From assembly GCA_965222605.1 (NCBI GenBank), contig OZ244960.1, positions 5,312,001 through 5,376,000 of the forward strand: 64,000 nt of DNA. The letters are read 5' to 3'. This document shows, piece after piece, positions 1 through 10,118 of this stretch (within the stretch, counting starts at the first letter, position 1; every line of letters begins with the position of its first letter). This DNA is from Candidatus Latescibacterota bacterium (GTDB taxonomy: Bacteria; Latescibacterota; UBA2968). Under the pieces are notes generated by a model that was given only the letters and a program-made list of their open reading frames with translations, searched no databases and had not been told where the DNA came from. The position numbers and the translations under genes are program-made.

Positions 1-1062
1 GTGAATGCGGGCATCTGGGTAGAGGCGAACGACATTGTGTACACATTCATTGAGGTCGCTGGGAGAGAGAGAGAGAGAGGGCATGCGAGCAAAATTGGCA
101 AATTCTTGAACCAGAGATCTGAGATTTTCGACTTCTTCTGTGACGATTTCCGTGCAGTTGGTCACAAATTGTTGATACGCAGGATCATTGCCAGAATATT
201 TATCGCGTATTTGCTGCACGGCAAGTTGAATGGGCGTTAACGGATTTTTTATTTCGTGAGCCAGGCGCCGCGCAATTTCTCGCCAGGCTGCAATTTGCTC
301 GGCTTCGAGTCGTTTGCGTCTGTTTTCTACAAGGTCTTGCGCCATCTGGTTAAAGGATTCGATAAGTAAGCCGATCTCGTCATCTCTGCCCCTGGGGATG
401 CGGTATTGCAGGTTATCGCGTGCCATTTCTCGCGTGCCTTTAAGTAGTGCATTAAGCGGGCGCGTTATCTCAAAGCCAATGCGAACGCCAATCACAGATG
501 CCAGAAGGACAACGCCTGCTGAGGCGACGAGAAAGGCGAGTAGAAATGCAGTGCGCAGATCGTCTTCCGCCATTTCAATATGTTTGTACGTATGTACGGC
601 ATTTTCAACATCGATGAGTGTCTCGAGTGAAAGCAGGGCAGTTAGTGCTCGTTGCGAATCGGGAAGTGCGAGTACGAGTTGAAGCTGATCGGTCTCTCCT
701 TTGGAGATCACGGGACCTTGCGAGAGGTCTGTGTCGATCTGTTCGATAGGCGAAATACGCAGGGTCAGGTCGTTGAGGCCGGCATTTGCAAATGCGGCGT
801 GTAAGGCATTCTCGTCGCGGTGAGGTGGCGCAGATAAAAGCTGTCCTATATTCTGAAGCTGCCGTTTTTTTGCGTCGTAGTTCTCTTTTGCCAAAGAAAG
901 TGCACTGGTCAGCGCACTACCCATCTCGACATTGACGTTGGTCTGCAGGCTCAGGCTCAGCGCCAAAAAGTGTCGTGCGAGCAGCGCGAGTATGAGTGTT
1001 GTGCCCAATGCCAGACCAATCAGGGCGGCGATGATGCGCCAGCGCAGGGGAATAGCTCTCAT
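1..1062 (-). CDS. NtrY-like sensor histidine kinase (2 TM, HAMP, HisKA); 3' end runs off the window
   Basis: Hand-translated, absent from the ORF track: MRAIPLRWRIIAAL..., HAMP 'RPLNALLKGTREMA...RDDEIGLLIESFNQM', H-box 'WREIARRLAHEIKNPLTPIQL'; GGAGA RBS upstream. Confidence 0.9.
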   Translation of the reverse strand, partial: MRAIPLRWRIIAALIGLALGTTLILALLARHFLALSLSLQTNVNVEMGSALTSALSLAKENYDAKKRQLQNIGQLLSAPPHRDENALHAAFANAGLNDLTLRISPIEQIDTDLSQGPVISKGETDQLQLVLALPDSQRALTALLSLETLIDVENAVHTYKHIEMAEDDLRTAFLLAFLVASAGVVLLASVIGVRIGFEITRPLNALLKGTREMARDNLQYRIPRGRDDEIGLLIESFNQMAQDLVENRRKRLEAEQIAAWREIARRLAHEIKNPLTPIQLAVQQIRDKYSGNDPAYQQFVTNCTEIVTEEVENLRSLVQEFANFARMPSLSLSPSDLNECVHNVVRLYPDARIH

Positions 1063-1083
1063 AGTTGTGTCTCCAGGCAGTGT

Positions 1084-1695
1084 TTATTCATTAAGAAGGT
1101 GTGGGAGTGCGCTGGGGCGAAATCTGAACAGGTCAATCCATTCGGGAAATGTAGATCTGTCCAGAGTGAAGAAAAATTCGAGATAGCTGCCTTTTTCGAT
1201 TATCTTGAGCCATTGTCGCGTGCGTTCTCGTTGCTCGGGCGAGATCGGGTTTACGTCTATCCGCACCTGCAAGGTGATAGGCTCATCGGGCAGGGGAAGC
1301 AGAGCCAGTGTGACTCCCTGAAGTTCAGAACACGCGCGTCGAATATCTTCAAAATGAGACGTGATCTGTGTGTCTGGTCGTGCGGTTTGCCGGATGAGGC
1401 GATATTGCCCTTCCCAGATGTCGTGCTCCAAACGCCTGAGCAAGCTGCGCAGTCCCAGATTATCTCCACGGCCTGTCCGCAGACGAAATTGCACGGCGAT
1501 AGATGTTGTCATGCCCGATTCAATGGCATCAATAGCCCGTTTGGAAAAGAGAGAATCGATGGTTGCATCGAGGCGCAGGGTATCGGACTGCACATAAATA
1601 TAAAGACTGTCTTGCGGTATGTGCTGTGCAAGTAAGGATTGCACGCTGGCAAGCAAGCAAACTGTGAGTGTCTGGATGATGAAGAATTGAGTCAT
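1084..1695 (-). CDS. DUF4390-like exported protein
   Basis: Signal peptide; 'AIDAIESG..RLEHDIWEGQY' pattern; DUF4390 genes typically precede NtrY-like kinases. Confidence 0.7.
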   Translation of the reverse strand: MTQFFIIQTLTVCLLASVQSLLAQHIPQDSLYIYVQSDTLRLDATIDSLFSKRAIDAIESGMTTSIAVQFRLRTGRGDNLGLRSLLRRLEHDIWEGQYRLIRQTARPDTQITSHFEDIRRACSELQGVTLALLPLPDEPITLQVRIDVNPISPEQRERTRQWLKIIEKGSYLEFFFTLDRSTFPEWIDLFRFRPSALPHLLNE

Positions 1696-1702
1696 CTATT
1701 CC

Positions 1703-2971
1703 TCACAGACCAATCTTGACGCCGGCAAAACGATGTGATTTTACGATGAGTGTTCCCGTGCTGATTCCAAAGCTGATATCTACGCGGTTAAAGAGCAGCA
1801 TGCCCACGCCAAAGGCAAAGTCGGCATCTCGCCGGTCGTTGTCTTTTACAGCGCGATGTACACCGCCACTTTCGGCAAAGGCATATACTCGCCCCAGGAT
1901 TTTGAGATCGATGGCATAGAGGGCTTCAGCTACAAAAAACAGGGTGCCGCCTTCTGGCCCAATAACGCGGCGTTCTATGCCCCTGAGTTGATTATCCCCA
2001 TCGAGATAAAAACGTTCGTAAAAAGGCGGATTCCCCCAGATGCCTCCTGTTTTGATGCCGAGCGAAAGGATGTGTCCTGCGATAACTTGCTGGTGCCGAT
2101 AGAGTTCCGTGCGAAGTTTGATATAATTTGCTACAGATCCCAGAAGTTTGGACGATAGTATGAGGCGGGCGTTAAAATCTGTACCTTGCCCCCAGACTGC
2201 GCTCACGGGATGTTTGAACAGGTTAAAAGAAAGTGTGGAGAGGTTTTCCCGCCCTACGGCAGCTTTAATTTCATTGGCGAAGACCCCACCGCTCGTGGGG
2301 ATGGTGGGATGATGAAAATCGCCGATTTGTATGGCTTCAAAAGCGTATGTTAAAACGAAATGGTAGGCACGCAGAGGAGAGGGCTGACCAATGCCCATGG
2401 CAAATCCGATGCGCTCGAGATCGTAGCGCCCCCTGATGTTGGGGTCTGGATCGCGAAAGATGTCGCGGTCTGCAGAAGACCCCGTTACCTGAATGTGAAA
2501 TGCCTGATTGGTTTTGCGAAAGAGCGGATCGCTGTAGTGAAACCCCCAGTATTTGAAGCGTTCTCCCAAACCGTATTCCACGCCGACTAATTTTCCCTCG
2601 CCACGCAGGTTGGCATAATGGGCATTTGCAGCCGCGCCAAAGCCATCGAGTTCGGAATATTCAAAACTCAAACCCAGGTCGCCAAAACGCTTTTCCTGTA
2701 CATAGACTACGAGAATGGCTTTGCCTTTTTCCGCGCCGGGTTTGACATTGACAAATGCGGTTCGAAAAAGCAGCAGGCGCTCGAGGACCACACGGCAGCG
2801 GTCAATATCCCCTTCGCGCAGGTTATCACCTACTTTTATGGGTAAGACCTGACGAATGATTTCCGCACGGGTTTTTTCATTGCCGCGCACCTCAATATTT
2901 TCTATTTCATGTCCAATTTGCCCCAGGGCAGGGGTGGCAAACAGGCAGAGCAGGATGAGATATTTGTACAT
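1703..2971 (-). CDS. BamA/TamA (Omp85) family outer-membrane protein with one POTRA domain
   Basis: Signal peptide, POTRA 'IEVRGNEKTRAEII', barrel motif 'FYERFYLDGDNQLRG'. Confidence 0.8.
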   Translation of the reverse strand: MYKYLILLCLFATPALGQIGHEIENIEVRGNEKTRAEIIRQVLPIKVGDNLREGDIDRCRVVLERLLLFRTAFVNVKPGAEKGKAILVVYVQEKRFGDLGLSFEYSELDGFGAAANAHYANLRGEGKLVGVEYGLGERFKYWGFHYSDPLFRKTNQAFHIQVTGSSADRDIFRDPDPNIRGRYDLERIGFAMGIGQPSPLRAYHFVLTYAFEAIQIGDFHHPTIPTSGGVFANEIKAAVGRENLSTLSFNLFKHPVSAVWGQGTDFNARLILSSKLLGSVANYIKLRTELYRHQQVIAGHILSLGIKTGGIWGNPPFYERFYLDGDNQLRGIERRVIGPEGGTLFFVAEALYAIDLKILGRVYAFAESGGVHRAVKDNDRRDADFAFGVGMLLFNRVDISFGISTGTLIVKSHRFAGVKIGL

Positions 2972-3006
2972 GATGGCAGCACTCTTGTGGTTTTTGGATA
3001 CAATTA

Positions 3007-3023
3007 TGCAAAAACTGTGCCCA
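3007..3023 (-). promoter_or_regulatory. sigma-54 (-24/-12) promoter of the BamA-like/DUF4390/kinase operon
   Basis: Minus strand TGGGCACAGTTTTTGCA = GG-N10-GC, 35 bp upstream of the start codon. Confidence 0.7.
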
Positions 3024-3183
3024 ATTATCGTGGATCTTTGCGGATAAAAATAAGATTTGAAAAAATAAAGAGTTGTGCGTATATCTAATACTAAAAATTA
3101 AGTATGCGTTCTGTGAAACAATACGACATGTGTATATTTTTTGCAACAGGATTGCAGAATATCATTACTGGAGGACGTAAATA

Positions 3184-4029
3184 ATGTCTGTTTCCCATAT
3201 CCTCGAAAAACTCAAACGCGATGGGTTTTACGTGGTTGAAAACGTGATTCCCGAAGATGAGGTGGATGCCGTGCGGCAAGCAGTGGTGGCAGCGCAAGCG
3301 CGAAAACACGCAGAGTCAGAGGTGGCAATAGCCGCAACCCGGGCGAAGGGACATCGCGTTGGTGCAGAAGGCGTAGCGAGTTTGCGGCAGGTTATTAATG
3401 AAACGCAGATTTTCACACCTTATCTGGCAAGTCGCAAGGTGATGGATGTGGTGGATGCGCTGTTTGGGCCTTATGCGCGCGTTTCTTGCACGGATTGTGT
3501 GATTAATTATCCGGGCAATGAAAGGGGGTACTGGCACGCGGATTGGCCGTATAATGCGACCAATGGGTCGCATATTCCCTCGCCGTATCCCGATGCGTTA
3601 TTACATTTGTCGTCAATCTGGATGTTGACGCCGTTTAATAAAAAAAACGGCGGGACATTTCTCGTGCCGGGCAGCCATCGATGGCTCGATAACCCGGCCG
3701 CAGGTGGGATGGAAGATGTGGATCAAGATGCGCCGTATCCCACCGAGATGCAGGTGAAGGGCGCAGCGGGCAGTGTGCTGTTTTACGATAGTCGATTGTG
3801 GCATGCGGTGGCATCAAATCAGAGTGATCAACCGCGTGTGGCATTGATTGTGCGCTATGCCCCGTGGTGGTTAAATTTGAATCCGTCGCATATTGGCAAA
3901 CCCGAGCACGAGATGATGGTGGTGGAGACAGGTGGCAAGAATTACGAATCTATGCCATTGCAAAAGGAGGTTTACGACGGGTTGCCGGAAGATGTGAAGC
4001 CTTTGTACCTCCACTGGGTCGAACAATAG
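3184..4029 (+). CDS. Phytanoyl-CoA dioxygenase family (Fe/2OG) protein
   Basis: 'DGFYVVENV', HxD 'WHAD', 'VPGSH', distal His 'LWHAVASN'. Confidence 0.9.
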   Translation: MSVSHILEKLKRDGFYVVENVIPEDEVDAVRQAVVAAQARKHAESEVAIAATRAKGHRVGAEGVASLRQVINETQIFTPYLASRKVMDVVDALFGPYARVSCTDCVINYPGNERGYWHADWPYNATNGSHIPSPYPDALLHLSSIWMLTPFNKKNGGTFLVPGSHRWLDNPAAGGMEDVDQDAPYPTEMQVKGAAGSVLFYDSRLWHAVASNQSDQPRVALIVRYAPWWLNLNPSHIGKPEHEMMVVETGGKNYESMPLQKEVYDGLPEDVKPLYLHWVEQ

Positions 4030-4066
4030 TCCGAGGTTTGCAATAAATTATAAAGGGAGGCATACC

Positions 4067-5389
4067 ATGTCAGATTTACAGCTTGACTCTATTGAACCCT
4101 GGGCGCCGCATTCGACCGCCGCGCCGTTGACAGAACGCAGTGGGGATACGCTGGCAATTGCCGCAAATGGCACGCGCACCTGCATTGGCGGATGGCAGAT
4201 CGCGTATTCGGGTGTTGAGGCTGGCAAAATGTATGAGATCGTTGTCCAGACGCAGTTTCAAGATGTGGAGTTGGTGCGCGATGTATTGCGCTGTGAGGCG
4301 TATTGGGGCCACCTGGATCGGGACAGCGTGCAGCGCGGTAAAGTTCTGTCCTGGGATTATCTTCTTCCCGAATGGAATGGCGACACCGTGCAATTTTCAC
4401 GGCGTCTCACTGCCCCGGAAGATGCCGAACACCTGACCGTGCGCTATACGTTTCGCTGGTCGATTAAGGGAGCATCCGAATGGCAATTGCCCCATGTGAT
4501 CGCGACAGATGTGGCAGAATTATCCAAACCCGTGAAAATTTGTGTCGCGACGGGACGGCGAGAAGATCGCGATCGGCGGTTTGAGTCGATTCGGGACAAT
4601 GTCGATCTTTATTTGCCTTTGTGTCGAGAGATATGTGAAAAAGAAAAACCCGATTTGATTGTGTTGCCCGAGATCGCATTGCAATACGGGATTAAAGGGA
4701 GTCCACTGGAACTGGCAGTACCCGTGCCGGGACCCGAGGCGGAGCCGTTTGCGGATATTGCGCGCGATTATGGCGTATATGTGCTATTGGGGGTGATTGA
4801 ACGGGATGGCGATGCCGTTCACAATACAGCCGTGTTGTTCGCGCCCGACGGCGGCGTGGATGGCAGATATCGCAAGGTGCATCTGGCCGTGGGGGGAGAG
4901 ATGGATTCGGGTATTTTGCCGGGTGATGATTTTCCTGTATTTGATACGGAGATCGGACGGATTGGGTGCAATATTTGTATGGATTCTTCGGCGGCTGAGT
5001 CGTCGCGGATGATTGGGTTAAATGGCGCGGACTTTTTGTTGTTGCCAATTATGGGCGATCACCGCGCCTGGCATCCGGAAGATCATACGTGGGATCCCGA
5101 GCGATTTCGCGGGATTATGCAGACGCGGGCGCTGGACAATCAGTTGTGTATGGTGGTGGCGGTAAATCGCGCGGAGGGTAGTTGTATTATTGATCGCACG
5201 GGGCATGTACTGGCCTGGAATGATGGGAGTGAACCGTTTGTGACCGCGGAGGTGAATCTCGTGGATGGATTCCATCCAAAAAGTCGCGGGTGCTTTCGCG
5301 GGATTAACTGGATGCAGCGACGCCCACATACCTATCGTGCTTTTGTCGATGAAGAAAACGAGGGGGGACTGAGGCTTGCGGCGTATTGA
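4067..5389 (+). CDS. Carbon-nitrogen hydrolase (nitrilase family) with an N-terminal beta-sandwich-like extension
   Basis: E-K-C triad motifs 'VLPE', 'YRKVHL', 'NICMD'. Confidence 0.85.
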   Translation: MSDLQLDSIEPWAPHSTAAPLTERSGDTLAIAANGTRTCIGGWQIAYSGVEAGKMYEIVVQTQFQDVELVRDVLRCEAYWGHLDRDSVQRGKVLSWDYLLPEWNGDTVQFSRRLTAPEDAEHLTVRYTFRWSIKGASEWQLPHVIATDVAELSKPVKICVATGRREDRDRRFESIRDNVDLYLPLCREICEKEKPDLIVLPEIALQYGIKGSPLELAVPVPGPEAEPFADIARDYGVYVLLGVIERDGDAVHNTAVLFAPDGGVDGRYRKVHLAVGGEMDSGILPGDDFPVFDTEIGRIGCNICMDSSAAESSRMIGLNGADFLLLPIMGDHRAWHPEDHTWDPERFRGIMQTRALDNQLCMVVAVNRAEGSCIIDRTGHVLAWNDGSEPFVTAEVNLVDGFHPKSRGCFRGINWMQRRPHTYRAFVDEENEGGLRLAAY

Positions 5390-5392
5390 GAA

Positions 5393-6955
5393 TTATTTGC
5401 CGAGCGCGATTTGTTCGCACCTGGCATATTTTTTGACCAGTTCGTCGTACACTGCGGTGTTGGATGGTTTGACGACGGAGCCGGATATGGGTTCGGCGAT
5501 GCCCTTGCTGATGTCTTCCCAGGTGGTGTTTTGTCCAGAGGCGTTGAGGTGAGCATGCGCTGCGCGGAGAGCCGCGCCGAGGGCCGCGCTATTGGTGACT
5601 TCAAATTGGTGAACAGGACAGTTTTGTACATCGGACATGATCTGAAGGATTTCGGGATTGATCGATGCACCGCCTGTGACATAGATGGCTGAAGGACGCA
5701 CGCCCATCCATTCTGAGTGAATGCGCATGGACATCATTTGTGCCTGGACAACCGCGCGGCAATTGCCGGCGGCGTCCTGTTCGTCGAGGTCAAAGCGATG
5801 TACGCCGGGTTCGAGGACATTGGGCACGATTTCGGGTTCAAAATAGGGAAGCATGATTTTGCCATTATTGCCCGGTGGAGTGGATTGAAGTGCATGGGAA
5901 AAACCGTCCCAATCCAGACCATGAGATTGGCGAACGGCTTCGCGGGCGAGGGAGCCATTTTTGAAACAGATGAGGGTCATATAATCGCCAGTGGGTGAGA
6001 CGAAGACGTGACCTTCGCCGCGCGGGTCGGTCTGGCAATTTTTCATTGTGCCAAAGTAGGTGTCGCTGGTGCCGAGTGAAATGGCGACGAGGCCCTCGCG
6101 AATAAGACCGAGGCCGATGACGCTGTTGGGATTGTCGCCCGACCAGACGAGAGCCTGTGCATTGGGGTCGACGCCGTATTTATCGACAAAGTAGCGGCTT
6201 ACAGTACCGATAATTGTGCGGGATTTTGCAAGCGGCGGCAGGCGATGGGACAGATCGGGTGCTGTGGCGTTGAGCGCGGCGGCATGCCAGGTTCGGGTCT
6301 GAATGTCCATCAAGTTCATGCCCGCGCCGTCGCCGTGATCGATGGGGGCAACTTTGCCCGCGATCAGAGAGGCCATGAAGGAACTGACGAGCATGATGTG
6401 TATGGTTCTGTTATAAGCATCGGGTTGTGTTTTGTAGAATTTGCGAATTTGTGGTCCCGTGAAGCGTTCAAAGGTGGTAGATCCCGTGGCGCTGGCTGTG
6501 GCTTGAAGACCGCCGAGGGCGTCGCAAATTTCATCGCATTCGGCGCGGGTAGAGGAATCCATCCAGATGGGAGATGTGTCGCGGGAGAATATACCGCCGA
6601 GATTTTCTACGAGGGATTTTGATGGATCGAGATTGGACAGGTTATTCGCGGTTTTGAGATAGACAGAACCGTGTTGTTGTCCCGAGCCAGAGATGGCCCG
6701 GATATCGCCGAGGGTTATGCCCTCGGTTTTCATTTTGTCAAAAAGCACATCGAGGGCTTCGGCCCACATGAGGGGTGGCGAGTGAACTATTTTGGGATCG
6801 GGATGGTCGAGGACGCCATTTTTAGTGCCATAGTGCGGTAGTGTTTCGTCGTAGTTCAAAGAAACATCGTACACGACTTTATGGGTGTCGAAGTCTATGA
6901 TAATGGCACTCAAGCTTTGTGTGCTGGCGTCAAGCCCGAGATAAAGGTCGCTCAT
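5393..6955 (-). CDS. xylB: FGGY carbohydrate kinase, xylulokinase-like
   Basis: 'LGLDASTQ', 'SGSGQQHGSVY', 'PIWMDSST', 'ERFTGPQIRK', 'GDNPNS', 'SLGTSDT'. Confidence 0.85.
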   Translation of the reverse strand: MSDLYLGLDASTQSLSAIIIDFDTHKVVYDVSLNYDETLPHYGTKNGVLDHPDPKIVHSPPLMWAEALDVLFDKMKTEGITLGDIRAISGSGQQHGSVYLKTANNLSNLDPSKSLVENLGGIFSRDTSPIWMDSSTRAECDEICDALGGLQATASATGSTTFERFTGPQIRKFYKTQPDAYNRTIHIMLVSSFMASLIAGKVAPIDHGDGAGMNLMDIQTRTWHAAALNATAPDLSHRLPPLAKSRTIIGTVSRYFVDKYGVDPNAQALVWSGDNPNSVIGLGLIREGLVAISLGTSDTYFGTMKNCQTDPRGEGHVFVSPTGDYMTLICFKNGSLAREAVRQSHGLDWDGFSHALQSTPPGNNGKIMLPYFEPEIVPNVLEPGVHRFDLDEQDAAGNCRAVVQAQMMSMRIHSEWMGVRPSAIYVTGGASINPEILQIMSDVQNCPVHQFEVTNSAALGAALRAAHAHLNASGQNTTWEDISKGIAEPISGSVVKPSNTAVYDELVKKYARCEQIALGK

Positions 6956-6964
6956 GGATACTCC

Positions 6965-7294
6965 TTACAATTCATAAATAACCGGGCATTTGGATAGGTC
7001 GTCAATATGTCGGGTAAGGCCCTGTCGTGTGTCGTTGACGGGGCGAGAGTTTTCGGTGCGCATGTGAATGGCAAAGCTGCGACGGGGACTGTTGGATCGG
7101 TTGGGTCCGCTGCCGTGGAGCGTGAAGCAGTCGTGCAGGCTCAAGGTGCCGGGTGGCAGGAGCATGGGAACTTCGCGCCAGGTGGCCTGTTCGGGTATTG
7201 ATATGCCGCGGCGCAATGTGTCGAGGTCTTGTTGTTGAAAGCCGAAGGCGATGTCCAAAAGCCCCCAGCGGTGTGAGCCGGGCACAAAGCGCAT
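6965..7294 (-). pseudogene. C-terminal half of a phytanoyl-CoA dioxygenase; N-terminus missing
   Basis: 'MRFVPGSHRWG...LHGSGPNRSNSPRR' with no HxD half; the TetR gene ends 5 bp upstream. Confidence 0.75.
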
Positions 7295-7299
7295 TATGA

Positions 7300-7911
7300 T
7301 TAAGCTACATGCCGACGCGATACTTGTAAAAATCGCACAGCGCGCTGTCCCAGCCGTTTTAACAGATCCAGATCTTGCCGCGCTTTTGCCAGCATCAAAA
7401 TGCCTTCGTAATACGCCCACAATGCCAGGGCTGTTTCTCGCGTATCCATGGGAGACAGATCACTGGCTTCTACTGCTTCATCGAGTGTTTTTTGCAACCG
7501 ACCAATTACATCCTCAAAAATACGGTCAATTTTATGGCGGATCAGCGGCTCGTGCGCGCTCATCTCCACGGCGAGGTTGCCAAACGGACAACCACAAAGC
7601 TGTTTGTGCTGCTCGTAAAATTGGCAATTTTGCTCGTAAACCAGTTCAAAAAACCGCGAAATCTGCTCCAGGGGTGGTCGTTCTGGCGAAAAAGCCTGCT
7701 CCCATGTGGTCTCCCGTGCAAATTTCCACCACCGATCTAATGAAGCCAGTACCAGGTCTTGCTTGGTCTCAAAAAAGTGGTAAAAGCTCCCTTTTTTTAC
7801 CCCAGCAGCTTTGCACAATTCCTGTACGCCCACGTCGGTATAACTGCGCGTAAAAAATAAATCCATCGCAGCTCGTATTAGCCGCTCTTTTGCATCGCTC
7901 GTGCGTCCCAT
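7300..7911 (-). CDS. TetR/AcrR family regulator (NemR-like)
   Basis: HTH 'VQELCKAAGVKKGSFYHFFETK', C-terminal 'GCPFGNLAVE'. Confidence 0.9.
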   Translation of the reverse strand: MGRTSDAKERLIRAAMDLFFTRSYTDVGVQELCKAAGVKKGSFYHFFETKQDLVLASLDRWWKFARETTWEQAFSPERPPLEQISRFFELVYEQNCQFYEQHKQLCGCPFGNLAVEMSAHEPLIRHKIDRIFEDVIGRLQKTLDEAVEASDLSPMDTRETALALWAYYEGILMLAKARQDLDLLKRLGQRAVRFLQVSRRHVA

Positions 7912-8066
7912 GGTGTGCCTTTTACGATAGATTCGATAAATCTGCTATGTCCTGAGGTCGCCCAGTCGCTTTTTTGTTTTGCTTTAAATTTTGTAAATTG
8001 ATAACATGGACCGTCCTGAAACTAAATATAGTCTATCTAAACCGACTTTTCAACAAGGAGCTTCAC

Positions 8067-8696
8067 ATGCGCGTCATCGTAATTGGCACGGAATACACGG
8101 GCAAAACCACGCTGGTTCAAGCCATCCAAAAATGGGGCATGGAGCGCGGTATTCGCCATCACATGGATGATCACTTTTCCATCCCCGACCAGCAAACCCT
8201 TACGAATCCCGCAGATCAAAAGGCCATGGCGGAATTGCCGTCGCCCATCAAAGAGCGTTTTCAGCGATTTCAGATCGCCTATCACGTGCGTCTGGTACAC
8301 AATTACCAGCACGTCTTGCTCACCGGGTTTCACATTGAGGAAATGGTGTACGGCCAACGCTATTACTATCCCGACCTGGCGCGTCCGGTCGAAAATCCCC
8401 AGGCATGGGAGAAAAACATGCCCTCCGACATCATTCTGGTACATCTCACGGCCAGTCCTGAGGTCATCAAACAGCGCATGAAAGACGATCCACACGATTT
8501 TCCTATTGTACCCGAATCGGATATCGAAGAAGTCCAGGCGGCATTCCAAGAAGAATTTCGCAAATCCTTTTTTAAACAAAAATTTCAGATCGACACATCA
8601 GATCTGAATGCAGATACATTACTCGAGTCCTTTCTCAGCCAATCGTTTCCCTACCTCACCGCCGCCGATCACGCCATTCGATTGGCAGTTGGGTAA
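8067..8696 (+). CDS. P-loop nucleoside monophosphate kinase-like protein
   Basis: AAGGAG RBS; 'MRVIVIGTEYTGKTT', 'LVHLTASPEVIKQRM', 'IDTS'. Confidence 0.7.
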   Translation: MRVIVIGTEYTGKTTLVQAIQKWGMERGIRHHMDDHFSIPDQQTLTNPADQKAMAELPSPIKERFQRFQIAYHVRLVHNYQHVLLTGFHIEEMVYGQRYYYPDLARPVENPQAWEKNMPSDIILVHLTASPEVIKQRMKDDPHDFPIVPESDIEEVQAAFQEEFRKSFFKQKFQIDTSDLNADTLLESFLSQSFPYLTAADHAIRLAVG

Positions 8697-8738
8697 CCAG
8701 TTTCCGAGGTACTCATTTTGCCGCCTCTGCCTCCCGAC

Positions 8739-10118
8739 ATGCGCCTTGTGTTTGACGATGGTACTCTCGTCCTTCTGGATCCGCCAGCGGATTATGAACC
8801 GCCGTCTCCATTTATATGGGATAGCCGGGTGGGACGCTGGCGCGCTCAGGCGCATCGGTATCGCGATGTTGTCGAGGTGCTGCGAGCGCAGGATGTTGGA
8901 ACAAAAAACGTCGCCCCGCGCTACAACCGCCTCAATCTCAATTTCAACCGCGAACACACCCCACATCCGCATCAGGCCGAAGCCTTTGACGCCTGGCAGT
9001 CACACCAATATCGCGGTGTCGTTGTCCTGCCCACGGGATCGGGCAAGTCTCTTCTGGCACTGATGGGTATTGCAGAAATCGGTCGCAGTACTCTTGTTGT
9101 CGCGCCCACGATTGATCTTATGAATCAGTGGTACGACTTGCTCAGAGACGCCTTTTCCTGCGATATAGGCATCCTGGGTGGGGGCTATCACGAGCTTGAA
9201 GATCTCACTGTAACGACTTACGACAGTGCGTATATGCACATGGACCGCTACGGCAATCGCTTTGGTTTTCTGGTTTTTGACGAGGTCCATCACCTGCCCG
9301 GCGAATCCTATTCCCACGGTGCAGAACTTTCTATTGCTCCTTATCGCCTGGGGCTTACAGCAACGCTCGAACGTCCCGATGGTCGCCATCTTATGCTGCG
9401 CGATCTCGTGGGCCCCACCGTTTATGAAAAGGGCATCCGCGATTTGTCGGGCGATTATCTCTCTGAGTACAATACGCAGCGCATTGAAGTCGATATGGTG
9501 GCCGAAGAGCGCGCCGAATACGAAACCGCGCGTTCGCAATTTAGTGATTTTCTGGAATCCAAGAATCTGCGGTTGGGCAGTGCTTCTGGATGGCAAAATT
9601 TTGTGCGCCTCTCGGCTCGTTCCAGCGATGGCCGAAGGGCGATGCTCGCCTATCGCCGCTATCGAAAAGTCGCTCTGGGCACAACCGCTAAGTTGCGCGT
9701 GTTGGAAGACCTGCTAAAAAAACACCCGCGCGACCGCATGTTGATTTTCACCAATGACAACGAAACTGTTTATACCATTTCAGAACAATTTCTCATTCCC
9801 GCCATCACGCACCAGACCCGCACAAAGGAGCGCAGGGAAATCCTCAAAGCTTTTAATGAGGGGGACATCCTCGCGCTTGTCACCTCTCGCGTGCTCAACG
9901 AAGGGGTCAACGTACCCGAGGCCAATGTCGCGGTTGTGCTTTCGGGCACGAGTACTATCCGCGAACATGTTCAGCGATTGGGGCGCATTTTGCGCCGCCG
10001 CGAAGGCAAACACGCTATTCTCTACGAAGTGATCTCCCGCAACACGGTTGAAGATCGCATTTCCCGCCGCCGCAGACAACACGATGCGTACGATGGTAAG
10101 CAACGAGAAATGTTTTGA
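8739..10118 (+). CDS. XPB/Rad25-like SF2 DNA helicase
   Basis: 'LPTGSGKS', 'DEVH', 'GLTAT', 'QRLGRILR'; N-terminal 'FDDGTL..WDSRVGRWRA'. Start could instead be 8718. Confidence 0.9.
   Translation: MRLVFDDGTLVLLDPPADYEPPSPFIWDSRVGRWRAQAHRYRDVVEVLRAQDVGTKNVAPRYNRLNLNFNREHTPHPHQAEAFDAWQSHQYRGVVVLPTGSGKSLLALMGIAEIGRSTLVVAPTIDLMNQWYDLLRDAFSCDIGILGGGYHELEDLTVTTYDSAYMHMDRYGNRFGFLVFDEVHHLPGESYSHGAELSIAPYRLGLTATLERPDGRHLMLRDLVGPTVYEKGIRDLSGDYLSEYNTQRIEVDMVAEERAEYETARSQFSDFLESKNLRLGSASGWQNFVRLSARSSDGRRAMLAYRRYRKVALGTTAKLRVLEDLLKKHPRDRMLIFTNDNETVYTISEQFLIPAITHQTRTKERREILKAFNEGDILALVTSRVLNEGVNVPEANVAVVLSGTSTIREHVQRLGRILRRREGKHAILYEVISRNTVEDRISRRRRQHDAYDGKQREMF

Noticed and set aside
970-1635. Long alternative ORFs in the track (970-1635, 7251-7853, 36564-37307, 42295-42984, 49799-50533, 56349-57029 and similar)
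   Set aside because: They are shadows of well-supported genes on the other strand or frame and lack motifs.
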